From Gammaproteobacteria bacterium (GTDB lineage Bacteria; Pseudomonadota; Gammaproteobacteria; UBA4575): 64,000 nucleotides of DNA. The number at the start of each line of letters is the position of its first letter. Position 1 is the stretch's first letter. The DNA lies in NCBI GenBank assembly GCA_965221955.1, contig CBDCTA010000018.1, forward strand, positions 96,001-160,000, read 5' to 3'. Both the position numbers and the translations under genes were made by a program. Under the pieces are notes generated by a model. It was not told the origin of the DNA. It searched no databases and saw only the letters and a program-made list of their open reading frames with translations. Of the stretch, positions 1 to 10,400 are shown piece by piece.

Positions 1-885
1 TCTCAAAACTTTATGTGAGATATATGTAAAGAAATGCGTGATGCTTGTAGCAGGATTAAGAAATTTTAGAAGCCTAAAAAATGCTTGATAATTACCTGTT
101 CCTATCCTTACTCTTCTTTTGAACTCATGCTCAATTGTTTCAGGTGCATATTCATGCGCTATAGCTTCTGGCTCGTATATCATTTTATTACCTTGTAAGA
201 CAACTTGCATCGCTACCATGAAGTCATCGATAATTGTATCGGGTAACAGTGGTATAAATAATTGCTTGCGTATTGCATAAATAGCGCCATTCGCGCCTAA
301 CAATCCATTAACTTTATTTTCATTAATTTTTAGAAACTTCTCATATTTCCAGTAAAACCCATCTTGATTACTGCTATGCGACGATGCATGTATTTCCAAC
401 TCTCCACAAACCCCTCCAATCAGTGGATCACTAAATGGCTTGACCAGTTTTTTAACTACATTTGATTCAAATAAAGTATTTGCGTCTGAAAAAATCAAAA
501 TTTCTTCCTTTGCCTCCTCACACAAGTCATTTAACACAGAGGCTTTACCACGGCGTTCTTGGAATGGAAAGAATTTTAAATTTTTTAGACGATGGTTCTG
601 AATTAAAGTATTTGTTTTATCAGTACTGCCATCAGATCCAATATAGATATATAATTTTTCAGACGGATATTGTAAATCATTCAAATTATCAAGTCTTTCG
701 GTTATATCTATCTCTTCATTATATGCCGCAATAATGATTGCAACTTCAGGCCATTGAATATTTTCAGAATCACTAACTACTGACGTTTTCATCTGTACCA
801 ATTTTGAAAGAAAAAATATCAGAACTGGATAAATTAGATAAGAATACACGACTAACGCTGCAGCGACCCAAAATACAAATTCCAT
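1..885 (-). CDS. Glycosyltransferase family 2, partial (runs off the left edge; absent from the ORF track)
   Basis: Read by hand from ATG at 885: MEFVFWVAAALVVYSYLIYPVLIFF...VAIIIAAYNEE...YIGSDGSTDKT...IFSDANT...LLGANGAIYAIR...IIDDFMVAM. This is an N-terminal TM helix plus GT-A motifs, with an open frame to position 1. Confidence 0.9.
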   Translation of the reverse strand, partial: MEFVFWVAAALVVYSYLIYPVLIFFLSKLVQMKTSVVSDSENIQWPEVAIIIAAYNEEIDITERLDNLNDLQYPSEKLYIYIGSDGSTDKTNTLIQNHRLKNLKFFPFQERRGKASVLNDLCEEAKEEILIFSDANTLFESNVVKKLVKPFSDPLIGGVCGELEIHASSHSSNQDGFYWKYEKFLKINENKVNGLLGANGAIYAIRKQLFIPLLPDTIIDDFMVAMQVVLQGNKMIYEPEAIAHEYAPETIEHEFKRRVRIGTGNYQAFFRLLKFLNPATSITHFFTYISHKVLR

Positions 886-902
886 AGGTTTATTCGCTTG
901 AC

Positions 903-1550
903 TTAGTGTCTAGATAATTCGCTGACAGGACATATATCATATCCTGCAGATATCCATTTATCTAACAACTTAGGTAATGCCTTTATAGTATAAGAATTAT
1001 CATCGTGAAATAAGATGATGTCACCCGATTTAACTGGATTTTTATCAAATCTTTCAAGCAAAAACTCCTCGCTTTTTTGCGTGTAGTCCATGCTATCGTA
1101 TGACCAATAAATAATCTGTCTACCTGATCTAATTAAGCGGACTAGTAATGATGGCTTTAGCCTTCCCCTAGGGGGTCTAAATGCTTTTGGTCTTGATGTA
1201 TTAATTTTAGGTAGTAGTAAATCTAACTTTGCAATATCATCAATTTGCTCTTTTGGAGTGAATTTTTCGAACTCCCAGTGGCTATAACTATGGTTATAAA
1301 CATCATGGCCGGCAGTGATGATGTCTTGGAATATTGTTTTATATTTTTTCACGTGGTCACCTGTAACAAAAAAGCTTGCTTTTAGATTTCGATCACCAAG
1401 TATTTTGAGCACTTCACATGTATAACCTTCATGCGGGCCATCATCAAATGTGAGATAGATCGTTCTTTTACTCTGCGGACCAGATTGGATAATCCATTTA
1501 TCAGGCAAAAATTGATAACAAATTGATTTGAGTTTACTTGTTAACATCAA
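903..1550 (-). CDS. Polysaccharide deacetylase (NodB/CE4 family)
   Basis: CE4 motifs LTFDDGP, NHSYSH, FRPPRG and DIILFHD. Confidence 0.9.
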   Translation of the reverse strand: MMLTSKLKSICYQFLPDKWIIQSGPQSKRTIYLTFDDGPHEGYTCEVLKILGDRNLKASFFVTGDHVKKYKTIFQDIITAGHDVYNHSYSHWEFEKFTPKEQIDDIAKLDLLLPKINTSRPKAFRPPRGRLKPSLLVRLIRSGRQIIYWSYDSMDYTQKSEEFLLERFDKNPVKSGDIILFHDDNSYTIKALPKLLDKWISAGYDICPVSELSRH

Positions 1551-2656
1551 TTTGGCGCTCTTTTATATAGCTTTTCATAGCATTTAGCCATATTCGATAC
1601 ATTGCCATGTTCAATCACCCATTTTTGTCCTAACAAAGCAAATTGCTTACGCATATTTTTATCTTGTATTAAGGTCGAAATATTTTTTGCAAGTGCTACA
1701 GGGTCTTTTGGCGGCACTATTAAACCATTCTTACCATGCTGCACAATTTCAGAATTACCACCAACATCTGTGGCAACTATCGGTAAACCCACCGCACAAG
1801 CTTCTAATAAAGCAATCGAATACCCTTCAGATACAGAAGACATTACGAAAATGTCCATATTGCTTAGAAATGGCTTAACATCTTCTTTATCACCCAAAAG
1901 CTCAACCAGATCAGATATTCCAATTTTATTAACATGCTTTTGAAGTTTTTCTCTCAACGCCCCACCACCAATAATTTCCAAAGAAATACGATTATATTCC
2001 TCACTTAACAACTTAAATGAGTCTAATAGGGTAAAATAATCTTTAGCCCAATTTAACCTTCCTACACTTCCTATTATTAAATTTTTACTTTTTTTTACTT
2101 TTCTTAGAGCACTATTATTTGAATTTATATTTTTAATGCTAATATAATTGTTAACTTTTATTCCATTTGGAACAACTACACATTTCTCTTTGTCTACGAC
2201 CCCATCCTCAATTAATTTTTTCTTTGCTGCTTCACAAACAGCAACTACATAATTAGTTCGACGTAATGTGCTTTTATAATGCTTTTCTCGCTTCGCATTT
2301 GGGTCACGAGCGCCCAAACCATGTCGAGTATTCAAAAAACACTTAATTTTTAACATTAATGATGAAAAATATGCGTAATAGTGGGCTACGGCATTATGCG
2401 TGTGAACCACTTCTGTATTTTGTTGTTTAAAAGCTTTTCGCAACTTATATATTGCAGATAAGTCTATTCCTTTTTTTTTGCTGCAAACAATACACTCTAT
2501 TCCTTTACTTCTAGCCTCTTCTGCTAATTCACCAGCATTAAATAAACAAACTATTAAGCATTTATGTCCTTGTTGAAGCTGTGCCTCGACCAAGTCAATG
2601 ACCATTCTCTCCAAACCACCCCGACCAAGTGATTCAACAACATGCGTGATATTCAT
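1547..2656 (-). CDS. Glycosyltransferase family 4 (GT-B)
   Basis: GGLERMV, VHTHN, VVPNGI, VGRL and SEGYSIALLEA..GLPIVATDVGGNSE motifs. Confidence 0.92.
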   Translation of the reverse strand: MNITHVVESLGRGGLERMVIDLVEAQLQQGHKCLIVCLFNAGELAEEARSKGIECIVCSKKKGIDLSAIYKLRKAFKQQNTEVVHTHNAVAHYYAYFSSLMLKIKCFLNTRHGLGARDPNAKREKHYKSTLRRTNYVVAVCEAAKKKLIEDGVVDKEKCVVVPNGIKVNNYISIKNINSNNSALRKVKKSKNLIIGSVGRLNWAKDYFTLLDSFKLLSEEYNRISLEIIGGGALREKLQKHVNKIGISDLVELLGDKEDVKPFLSNMDIFVMSSVSEGYSIALLEACAVGLPIVATDVGGNSEIVQHGKNGLIVPPKDPVALAKNISTLIQDKNMRKQFALLGQKWVIEHGNVSNMAKCYEKLYKRAPN

Positions 2657-4003
2657 TTAATGATTAAGGTTTGAAATTGTTACTCTATACTTGCCAGAGG
2701 ATGTAAGCGGAATATCATCTACCAAATTAACTTCTATATTGATCTTATCACCCAGCGCCTTCCTCGTTTCAGATTCTATAATCTTGGCGCTCTCAGTTGA
2801 AAATTTATCTCTAACGATTAATTTAATTTCAACATTATTGATATCTTTTTGTATAACTTGAAATTTATCTAGCCCTGAAAAGTCTTTGAGGAAATGAGGA
2901 AAAAACTCACCAGGTAATATTTTTCCATCTGAGGTATAAATGCAATCCAATGTCCTTCCAATTACTTTATCCATCAGCGGCAAGCCCCTTCCACATTCAC
3001 ATTTTTTATCACTTATTATTGCCATATCTTCGTTTTTATAACGTATGAACGGCATTCCATAATTATGCAAATCTGTTACTGCGACTTCACCAATTTCATT
3101 TTGTACTGAAAGCCCATCAGTATTCACCGTTTCCATAACCAAATGATCAATATTCATATGCATCCCGTTAAAACAGTCGCATTCTGAGGCCATTAACATA
3201 AACTCTCTACTACCGTAGGTGTTAAATACATCTGTATTAAAAACTTTTTTGATTAATGTACGTTGAAAATCATGCAAAGGTTCAGCGCCTGTGATAATCG
3301 ACATTGGAGAGTGTATTTCAATATTATTTTCAGCAACCCATTTTGCAAGCATATATATAGGGTTTACATATGAAACAATAATCTTTGGCTTGCGTTGATT
3401 AATACGCTTTACATATTTTTCAATTGTTTCTTTATCCATATCAAAGCAAGAAAGCATTTGCCTTCCATATATTTTATGATACATGCCCTCTTTATATTTA
3501 GCATAAGGCGAAACTTCTCCTATATTTGTCCCCCACAAAAATGTAGCTTTCCTACCTGGCAACATCTTTGCCCAACTATAACCTCTCCACATAACAGCAT
3601 TTCTACGCTCATAACTTTCCTTTGTGTATTCGAAACTAAGTGGTGCACCTGTTGAGCCACCCGTGGTTTTCTTTAAATTCATGTGCTTATGTGGTGTTGC
3701 AATTAAATCATTGTAATTATTTTTAATTATATCCTTAGTTAAAAAAGGCAGCTCCTCAAATACATTAAATTCAGTTAAATCAGTCGGATGAAAGTCTATT
3801 TTTTTCCAAAGATTGTTATAGTAATTTACATGCTCAAATGAATAAGATACTAGCTCTTTGAGCTTAGAAAACTGTATTTTTTTTAGTTCTTCATAAAACA
3901 AATACTGCTGAGATTCGTATTCTTTAGCAAAACTACTGCTACTGCGCCCTCTTAGCTTTTCATAAGTTGGTAGAAGAATATGTCTGAAAACCTCTTCATA
4001 CAT
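2657..4003 (-). CDS. CapK/phenylacetate-CoA ligase-like adenylate-forming enzyme
   Basis: ANL motifs TTGGSTG, TYGSRE, PFIRY..ED, C.CGRGLP and C-terminal IPLTSSGKYR. Confidence 0.88.
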   Translation of the reverse strand: MYEEVFRHILLPTYEKLRGRSSSSFAKEYESQQYLFYEELKKIQFSKLKELVSYSFEHVNYYNNLWKKIDFHPTDLTEFNVFEELPFLTKDIIKNNYNDLIATPHKHMNLKKTTGGSTGAPLSFEYTKESYERRNAVMWRGYSWAKMLPGRKATFLWGTNIGEVSPYAKYKEGMYHKIYGRQMLSCFDMDKETIEKYVKRINQRKPKIIVSYVNPIYMLAKWVAENNIEIHSPMSIITGAEPLHDFQRTLIKKVFNTDVFNTYGSREFMLMASECDCFNGMHMNIDHLVMETVNTDGLSVQNEIGEVAVTDLHNYGMPFIRYKNEDMAIISDKKCECGRGLPLMDKVIGRTLDCIYTSDGKILPGEFFPHFLKDFSGLDKFQVIQKDINNVEIKLIVRDKFSTESAKIIESETRKALGDKINIEVNLVDDIPLTSSGKYRVTISNLNH

Positions 4004-4030
4004 AATTAAAATCCTAAACCCATTTATGAT

Positions 4031-5305
4031 TTAGGCTCTGAAAAACACAAATATGATTAGATAAATGAACACAAGCATGCCTGTTGATGCATAGGCACAT
4101 ATTTTAAAAGTGTTTTTGAAAGTTAAGTCCATGTAGTCTGGATACTTTTGTATTACATAAAAATAAAACCCTGAAGCCATCGCACACAAAATTAAAAATA
4201 ATGGGCTATCTGTACGACTAATGAAAAATGTTGTAAACGCATACGCGAGCAAACCAAACAAAATACCTTTTGAGAGTCCCTTTAACTTTAATAATTCATT
4301 ACTTTGCTTAGCTGATAACTTGTTAGCAGGCTCATATTGATACGCAAAGTTATGTGTCATGTATATTGAAATCATCAAAAAAGAAAACCAAAAGAAATAC
4401 CCTATTAACCCTGTCTCAGCTGCAACTTGAACATAAGAACTATGCGCAACTATGTCATGATGATCTGTATATAAAGTATATCCAACTCCAAAAAATGGAT
4501 TACTTTTTAACATTTGGAAGCCTTCATACCATGCATCTACTCGTCCAACTGTTGAGGCTTCTGTAGTACCAATTGTAGAAAGTCGAGTCTTGATTACTGC
4601 TAAGGGAACCAATAAAGCTGCAACAAACCCCGTATAAAATGGATTAAAACGTTTCCATGTATACACTCCTGTCAACATTAATAATGAGGCAAATGTACCT
4701 CTAGATTTCGTAAGTATAATTGCATAAAAAATTACTGGCGCTGTTGTTAACCATAGAAATTTAGTCAGAAAAAACTTGGTTGAGCCTACAATGTAGGCTA
4801 ACAATGCCAGTATAATCAATAATAGCATTCCTAAATCGTTTGGGTCTTTGAATATTCCAATATAACGTATTCGATCATCTCTGAATAATTTAACACCTGT
4901 CCATCCTATACCATCTGATCCATGGAATTGCTCAATACCATGGATAGCAATTACTAATCCACATATGCATAAAAGTCGCATATATAGTTCAATTTGTTTA
5001 GGTAAAATAAAAACTGAGGACGCTATTAAAAATATAGCTAGTCGTCTAGATAGTATATTTGTTGTATCAATTGTTCCCTGAAGATAAAACCAACTTAGAT
5101 GAGAAAGTATTGCTGCAGAAATAAAACCTAACAATAACTTTAATTGCAATGAATTTAGATTCTTTTCTGGTTTAAATAACCAAAATAATAAACATGACCC
5201 TAATAGAACTGTAAGAACAGGTGTTTCATAAAACGCTGGTACATATTCGTGCAATCTTAAAAATAAGAATACAATATACGCAGCAAACAAAATTGAAATA
5301 AACAA
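4031..5305 (-). CDS. O-antigen ligase-like / Wzy polysaccharide polymerase
   Basis: Many TM helices with the motifs GIFKDPNDLG, LTKSRG, PFFGVG and AHSSYVQVAAETGLIG. TTG start. Confidence 0.85.
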   Translation of the reverse strand: MFISILFAAYIVFLFLRLHEYVPAFYETPVLTVLLGSCLLFWLFKPEKNLNSLQLKLLLGFISAAILSHLSWFYLQGTIDTTNILSRRLAIFLIASSVFILPKQIELYMRLLCICGLVIAIHGIEQFHGSDGIGWTGVKLFRDDRIRYIGIFKDPNDLGMLLLIILALLAYIVGSTKFFLTKFLWLTTAPVIFYAIILTKSRGTFASLLMLTGVYTWKRFNPFYTGFVAALLVPLAVIKTRLSTIGTTEASTVGRVDAWYEGFQMLKSNPFFGVGYTLYTDHHDIVAHSSYVQVAAETGLIGYFFWFSFLMISIYMTHNFAYQYEPANKLSAKQSNELLKLKGLSKGILFGLLAYAFTTFFISRTDSPLFLILCAMASGFYFYVIQKYPDYMDLTFKNTFKICAYASTGMLVFIYLIIFVFFRA

Positions 5306-5319
5306 GAGCGCCCCTCTAT

Positions 5320-6432
5320 TTAATTAGTTAACTTATGAAAAAGATATATCAACTTTGAAGTCAACAACTTATTAAATATAATAATATTAAACATTGTGGC
5401 CGTATTGCACCCATATGCAGATTTATATGACTCAGCTTGGCCCATCATAAAATCGTAAATATATTTTTTATCATCAATCGCAAGCTTAATAGCTTCTGTA
5501 TGCGCTAAAACACCTGGTGAAAGTTTTTTATATTGCACTAAATCAAATCCCGATTGATAATAATAAACTACGTCATTCATGCAAAAATTGTAAAGTATAG
5601 ATAAATATTTTCCATTAAGCTTTATATACAAAAGTTGTAATTCGTTTTTACTTAAAAACATTTTTGCAATTTTTTTATGAAACTGCACAAATTCTGAAGA
5701 CGTGAAAGCTCCGCTTTTACCTCTTGCTTTCCATCTAGCCGAATGAAGCTCTGCAAGACGCTCAAATTCTTTATTAACTTCATTCTCATCGCTTACACAC
5801 TTAACCTCTAATTTACCTACGGTATTAATTTTTTTATTATTAGTTTTAATAGATCGTTTAATTCTTGGCGAAAGAGTTTGATAATATTTTTCCCACGTAT
5901 TGGGCAGTTTTATATAATAGCGGTAGCCACACATATCAGACTTAATAGAAAATCCAATTTTTCTAGCTTCATCGACTAAATCACGATAAATTACTGAATT
6001 AATTAAAATCCTTGATAATCTAATGGTAGCCCAACCATTAATATTTTCTGAGAAATACTGCAGTATTTGGCGACATACTCGTTGTTTAAACTGATCTTGT
6101 GTTATGACATCCAGATACTCTGAGCACACCTCCATATGATCTGGCTCACCTGTACCCAAGAAGTAAATATGCTTTAAATGCGGAAATGTAGAAGTCGTTC
6201 TTATATAAAATGGCGCAATTGCTACCACTTTTTGTGCATTGCTTAATACAAGTATATTGAGTTTTGTATCCTTAGTACGATATACGTCCCACCACGTATA
6301 CATCCATGACCAGGTTAAAAAAGGTGAAGCTTGGTCGAATGAAAGCAGAAGATCGTTCCAACAATCCTCTAACTCTTTGAATCTCTGTGTAGAATCTACA
6401 ATCTCTAAAGCAAGCTTATCAGTATCTGACAA
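5320..6432 (-). CDS. GNAT-family N-acetyltransferase (CelD/BcsL-like, Acetyltransf_6)
   Basis: PFLTWSWMYTWW, VVAIAPF, SEYLD, LHSARW, YYYQSGFD..LSPG and YDFMMG...YK pattern. Confidence 0.85.
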   Translation of the reverse strand: MSDTDKLALEIVDSTQRFKELEDCWNDLLLSFDQASPFLTWSWMYTWWDVYRTKDTKLNILVLSNAQKVVAIAPFYIRTTSTFPHLKHIYFLGTGEPDHMEVCSEYLDVITQDQFKQRVCRQILQYFSENINGWATIRLSRILINSVIYRDLVDEARKIGFSIKSDMCGYRYYIKLPNTWEKYYQTLSPRIKRSIKTNNKKINTVGKLEVKCVSDENEVNKEFERLAELHSARWKARGKSGAFTSSEFVQFHKKIAKMFLSKNELQLLYIKLNGKYLSILYNFCMNDVVYYYQSGFDLVQYKKLSPGVLAHTEAIKLAIDDKKYIYDFMMGQAESYKSAYGCNTATMFNIIIFNKLLTSKLIYLFHKLTN

Positions 6433-6478
6433 ATTTAATTGTATCTCATCAAATTGTTTGACTTACAAAGATTCAGAA

Positions 6479-7897
6479 TTAAAAGTTTTGATAAACAATA
6501 CCTGCTCTAATTTCAAAAGCATCGAAATCACTTCCTTCTACATCGCTATCTCTATCACGATAATCAATACTGGATTCTAGTCTCCAATTTCGTGTTATAT
6601 AATTAGTTGCTTCAAATTGGATCAATAGATCTTCATCGTTTCGATTATCAAGTGTAAAGTCGGTCTCCCGAAACTCGCCCGACAAACCGAACACAACTCG
6701 ATCACTATAAGGTAGTGAGAATTCCACAATCGCACCATCAATATCGCGATCATTAATTTCTACCAAATCATACTCTTCTTCACGAGTGAAAATTTCAAAG
6801 CTAGAACCCAATTTAGAGAATTGTTTGTTATATCTAAGAGAGAAGCCTCTATTGTCAACCGTGTCACCTGTTACAGATAGATCGACGTCACCAAATCTAT
6901 CATCGCCACCAATACTCTGGAATCCACCGCCAACTGTCCCCCCTACACTATTGAATCCTGAACCAAGACCAAATGAACCACCATCTAGCGAATCAGTACT
7001 TGTATCTGAGAACCCATCATAGGCGTTTAAACCAAGGCTTGAAGTAGAATTAATGGTGTAATTTATATCGATAGAATTATTTGCACCATCCGAAGTTTTA
7101 TTTGGACCTGAGTCACGATTAATTTTTGTAAAACCAACTTGGGCAGACACTCCAAGAGAGGATCGAGTATGATCATATTGGACATAGTAATTATGACGAT
7201 CAAAGTCAACGTTACCTTCAGTCAAAGGATCCTCGTTATCATCGTCAAAATTAACTGACTCTGTCGAATAATTTAATGAAATACTGCTACTTGTATTGAT
7301 GTCTCTAATAATGCCAACTGTACCTTGCAACCGATCATTATCAATGTTTGACGATTCCGACTGCGTGTTTAGATATCGGCCTTCAAAATTTAATCTCGTA
7401 TTGCTGAATATTTCAGGAGTGAAAGTTGGTCCTGTTACAAATGTATTTACATTCTGTTGATTTTGCTGGTTGGGGGCATCTCTTATATCAATGGGGAACT
7501 CAGTACTAAAATGATCCTCAAAAGTCCAAGTGAATAATTCTGGGCTAATTTTCCAATCAAGTATAGCGTCTAAATCAAAATCATTTCGGTTTCCTATCGT
7601 TCCGTCAGAGTATCCTCTATATTCACTCTCTGCACTGATTTCAGCATCAAATTTTGGTCCCAAATGAGTTGCATTGATAGAGCCTCTAGGTTCAATAACA
7701 ACATCACTATCTTCATTTGAGTCAGTTCTCCGAACATTATCAGTGTATTCTACAAATAGACCAGCCTCCCAATCTACGCGCCAATTAGCCTGAGCTATCA
7801 TAGGCGTGAACAAAAAAACTGCCAACACAAGTACGACACACTTGAAAGTAAATTGGTCTTTTAGCAAACCATTTAGCTGAGGAATTCTGAATTTCAT
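6479..7897 (-). CDS. Outer-membrane beta-barrel protein of the EPS locus
   Basis: Signal peptide, EYTDNV start motif, alternating beta-strand pattern, acidic composition, C-terminal aromatic residue (YQNF), and position after the kinase gene. Confidence 0.8.
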   Translation of the reverse strand: MKFRIPQLNGLLKDQFTFKCVVLVLAVFLFTPMIAQANWRVDWEAGLFVEYTDNVRRTDSNEDSDVVIEPRGSINATHLGPKFDAEISAESEYRGYSDGTIGNRNDFDLDAILDWKISPELFTWTFEDHFSTEFPIDIRDAPNQQNQQNVNTFVTGPTFTPEIFSNTRLNFEGRYLNTQSESSNIDNDRLQGTVGIIRDINTSSSISLNYSTESVNFDDDNEDPLTEGNVDFDRHNYYVQYDHTRSSLGVSAQVGFTKINRDSGPNKTSDGANNSIDINYTINSTSSLGLNAYDGFSDTSTDSLDGGSFGLGSGFNSVGGTVGGGFQSIGGDDRFGDVDLSVTGDTVDNRGFSLRYNKQFSKLGSSFEIFTREEEYDLVEINDRDIDGAIVEFSLPYSDRVVFGLSGEFRETDFTLDNRNDEDLLIQFEATNYITRNWRLESSIDYRDRDSDVEGSDFDAFEIRAGIVYQNF

Positions 7898-7994
7898 TAG
7901 TAAATTTAGTTAGTTATTTGGTTACAAAAGTATAACAAGATAACCCTCTCTACGCGCAGGATTATTTAGCTGGATACTCTTATTTACTTTTTAA

Positions 7995-8780
7995 CTAAAA
8001 CGGGCTTTTATTATAAATAATGCCTAAAAACTTATTCTCATCAATATTTTCTATCGCACTCGCTAGCTCTTCCTCATCCACCTCGCCATGATTCACAACA
8101 GCAACAGAGAAATCTGAAAGCTCATGCAAAATTCCAGCGTCAGCTGATTCAGTATTACTAGGAACATCCAGGATGATATATCGATCCGGGTAACGATATT
8201 TTAGCTCATCAATAAAGTCTCTCATTTTAGGTGACGTGATGAACTCATCTGAACGATCAGGACTAAATTTTGTTGGAATTACTCTTAAACTTTTGACACC
8301 AACTTTATATATAATCTCTTCAAGTTCAGCCTCGCCATTAAAAAAATCAATCAGGTCGGCTGAGACATCCATCTTAAATAAATTTGAGATGTTAGGATTA
8401 ATAAAATTACAATCTACAATTAATGCACTCTTAGTATTATCTGAAGCTATACTCGCAGCTAAATTCATCGCCACAAAAGATGAACCACCACTTTTTTTGC
8501 AAGAGGTAACCGCTAATACAAAATTACGACCTCCGTTTTCTTTATATAGCTCTGTGCGCAAATTGCGAAAAGCGTTAACCGTTTTTATATCCGTAGCAAT
8601 ACTCCTTTTTGAAAGTTCTTCACTATTTAGAAGCTTAATCTCGGTCATATTCTGCAAGCGATCACTTCCACCCGCAAGCATCATATTTTTACGACGACGC
8701 TTGAGCATTTCACCACGTGGCGCAGTAGATACAATTGACTCAGTTTCGTTTTTTTGAATTGCTTTCTCGATTAAGCTCAT
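7995..8780 (-). CDS. CpsD/CapB-like polysaccharide tyrosine kinase homolog with degenerate P-loop
   Basis: MSLIEKA start, FRNLRT, AVTS..., ALIVDCN and ELKYRYPDRYIILDVP match XrtA-locus BY-kinases. Walker A reads GGSS instead of GEGK(S/T). Confidence 0.8.
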   Translation of the reverse strand: MSLIEKAIQKNETESIVSTAPRGEMLKRRRKNMMLAGGSDRLQNMTEIKLLNSEELSKRSIATDIKTVNAFRNLRTELYKENGGRNFVLAVTSCKKSGGSSFVAMNLAASIASDNTKSALIVDCNFINPNISNLFKMDVSADLIDFFNGEAELEEIIYKVGVKSLRVIPTKFSPDRSDEFITSPKMRDFIDELKYRYPDRYIILDVPSNTESADAGILHELSDFSVAVVNHGEVDEEELASAIENIDENKFLGIIYNKSPF

Positions 8781-8813
8781 GAGTACTTTTCCCTAAATAA
8801 TTTTATTAAACAT

Positions 8814-10379
8814 TTATGCCAGCTGCCCAACAAAAAAATCTTTGTATTTAACAAAAATTACAACCAAATAAATATTTGCTACAAGCGCAAACACAACTAT
8901 CGCTGAAAACATTGATGTAGTTTTTTTCTTCGGATTTGACAACAATCGTGTTTCAGGAATTTCACCCAAAACCCTTGTACCAAGCTGCTTACTTATCATC
9001 GACTTGTGGCGAATATATGGATTAAGCTGAAATAGCACTAAGAGCACGCCTAACGGGATAGCAATACCGGCCAAAGGGCCAAGTGCTGCTACCTGAGCAA
9101 ACTTCAAACCGTCTGCCTCTAGTGGCACTAATGCTGGCTCCTGAATCCTAAATCTTTGATCTCGCTGCTCGACATCAATGTTCATTGAGACCCTAGCTTT
9201 CTCACGTCTCTTGACTAAATCTTCATAAACCTTCTCTGTTACTTCATAGTCGCGTGTTAACTCAGCCAATGCTGCTTCAAACTCGGGCATTTTCTTTGCC
9301 TTCGCAAGTTCAATATTAAGTAATTTTTGAGACTGCCCTATGCGTGTCTGATATGCCGCTATGCGTGTTCTAGTTTTCGCAAGCTCATCACGTAAATTTG
9401 CATAGGCCGGATTAATTGTAAATGCATCAGATTCTGAAGAAGAGTCAACTGCAAGCTCATCTGTTGTAGGATTATTTAGCATTTCACGCAAATCTTCGAT
9501 CTGGTACTTTAATCGCACAATATCTGGATAACTATCGTGATAATCCAAACGCAATTGTGCTAACTGTTGCTGTAATTCAGAAATTTGAGCCAATATTTGC
9601 CCTTCGCGGCCCATAGAAGTTGCAACATTTTGTTCACCTGAAAGTTGCTGCTGTATACTTCTGATACGAATTTGCTCTTCTTGTACTGCCAAAGTAGTTT
9701 TTTCTATATCATTTCGAAGCTTATTGATTCGATTAGCAACACTTGCCTCAGAACCCATAGCATCATCCATAGCTTTAGTTTTAAAGTCCTTTAGCTTTTG
9801 TTCAGCAACTAGCAACTTCTTATGATAGTCATCTACTTGTCTGCTAATGAACTCATACGCATCATTACTCTCTCTCTGTGCGTTAGAAACACTTTCTTCT
9901 ATAAATAGATCGCCAACTATCTTTGCAGTACGATATGCAAGCTGTGGATCACTGTCTGTGACTTCAATTTTTACAAAATTTGGTCCTGCTCTTTTTATGT
10001 CTATCTTCTCAATAACATCTCTGATTTTTCTAGATTTCTCAATGTCACTGGCGCTTACATCCACCCAACCAGCATGAACAACTGTTTTACTCATCACTTC
10101 ATTGCTGAAGATAATTTCTTTATATAATGCAATGCGATCTCTTTCCTTACCTCCAACAGTTGTGCTAACGGCTGTACCCTTCATCAAAGGCGATAAGATA
10201 CTTTGCTTATTTGCTTCAATTGTTGTTGAAGATGTATAAGTTTTAGGTAGGACGTTCGCAACGATCAAAACAATAATGCTGACAGCAGCAAAACCTAAGC
10301 TTAGCCAAAATATATTTTTCTTTACAGATTCTAAATATAGCTTTGCTATGTGATTTAGCGGTAGTTCTAATATGTTCAT
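8814..10379 (-). CDS. Polysaccharide chain-length determinant (Wzc-N/GumC-like, XrtA system)
   Basis: N- and C-terminal TM helices around a long coiled-coil region; LPKTYTSST, YPDIVRLK, LTRDYEV and FRIQEPA.P motifs. Confidence 0.87.
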   Translation of the reverse strand: MNILELPLNHIAKLYLESVKKNIFWLSLGFAAVSIIVLIVANVLPKTYTSSTTIEANKQSILSPLMKGTAVSTTVGGKERDRIALYKEIIFSNEVMSKTVVHAGWVDVSASDIEKSRKIRDVIEKIDIKRAGPNFVKIEVTDSDPQLAYRTAKIVGDLFIEESVSNAQRESNDAYEFISRQVDDYHKKLLVAEQKLKDFKTKAMDDAMGSEASVANRINKLRNDIEKTTLAVQEEQIRIRSIQQQLSGEQNVATSMGREGQILAQISELQQQLAQLRLDYHDSYPDIVRLKYQIEDLREMLNNPTTDELAVDSSSESDAFTINPAYANLRDELAKTRTRIAAYQTRIGQSQKLLNIELAKAKKMPEFEAALAELTRDYEVTEKVYEDLVKRREKARVSMNIDVEQRDQRFRIQEPALVPLEADGLKFAQVAALGPLAGIAIPLGVLLVLFQLNPYIRHKSMISKQLGTRVLGEIPETRLLSNPKKKTTSMFSAIVVFALVANIYLVVIFVKYKDFFVGQLA

Positions 10380-10400
10380 GTTTCTAAATACTCACAAAAT

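Noticed and set aside
462-734. 90-aa plus-strand ORF in the track
   Set aside because: It is antisense to the GT2 gene (1-885, minus), which has clear family motifs.
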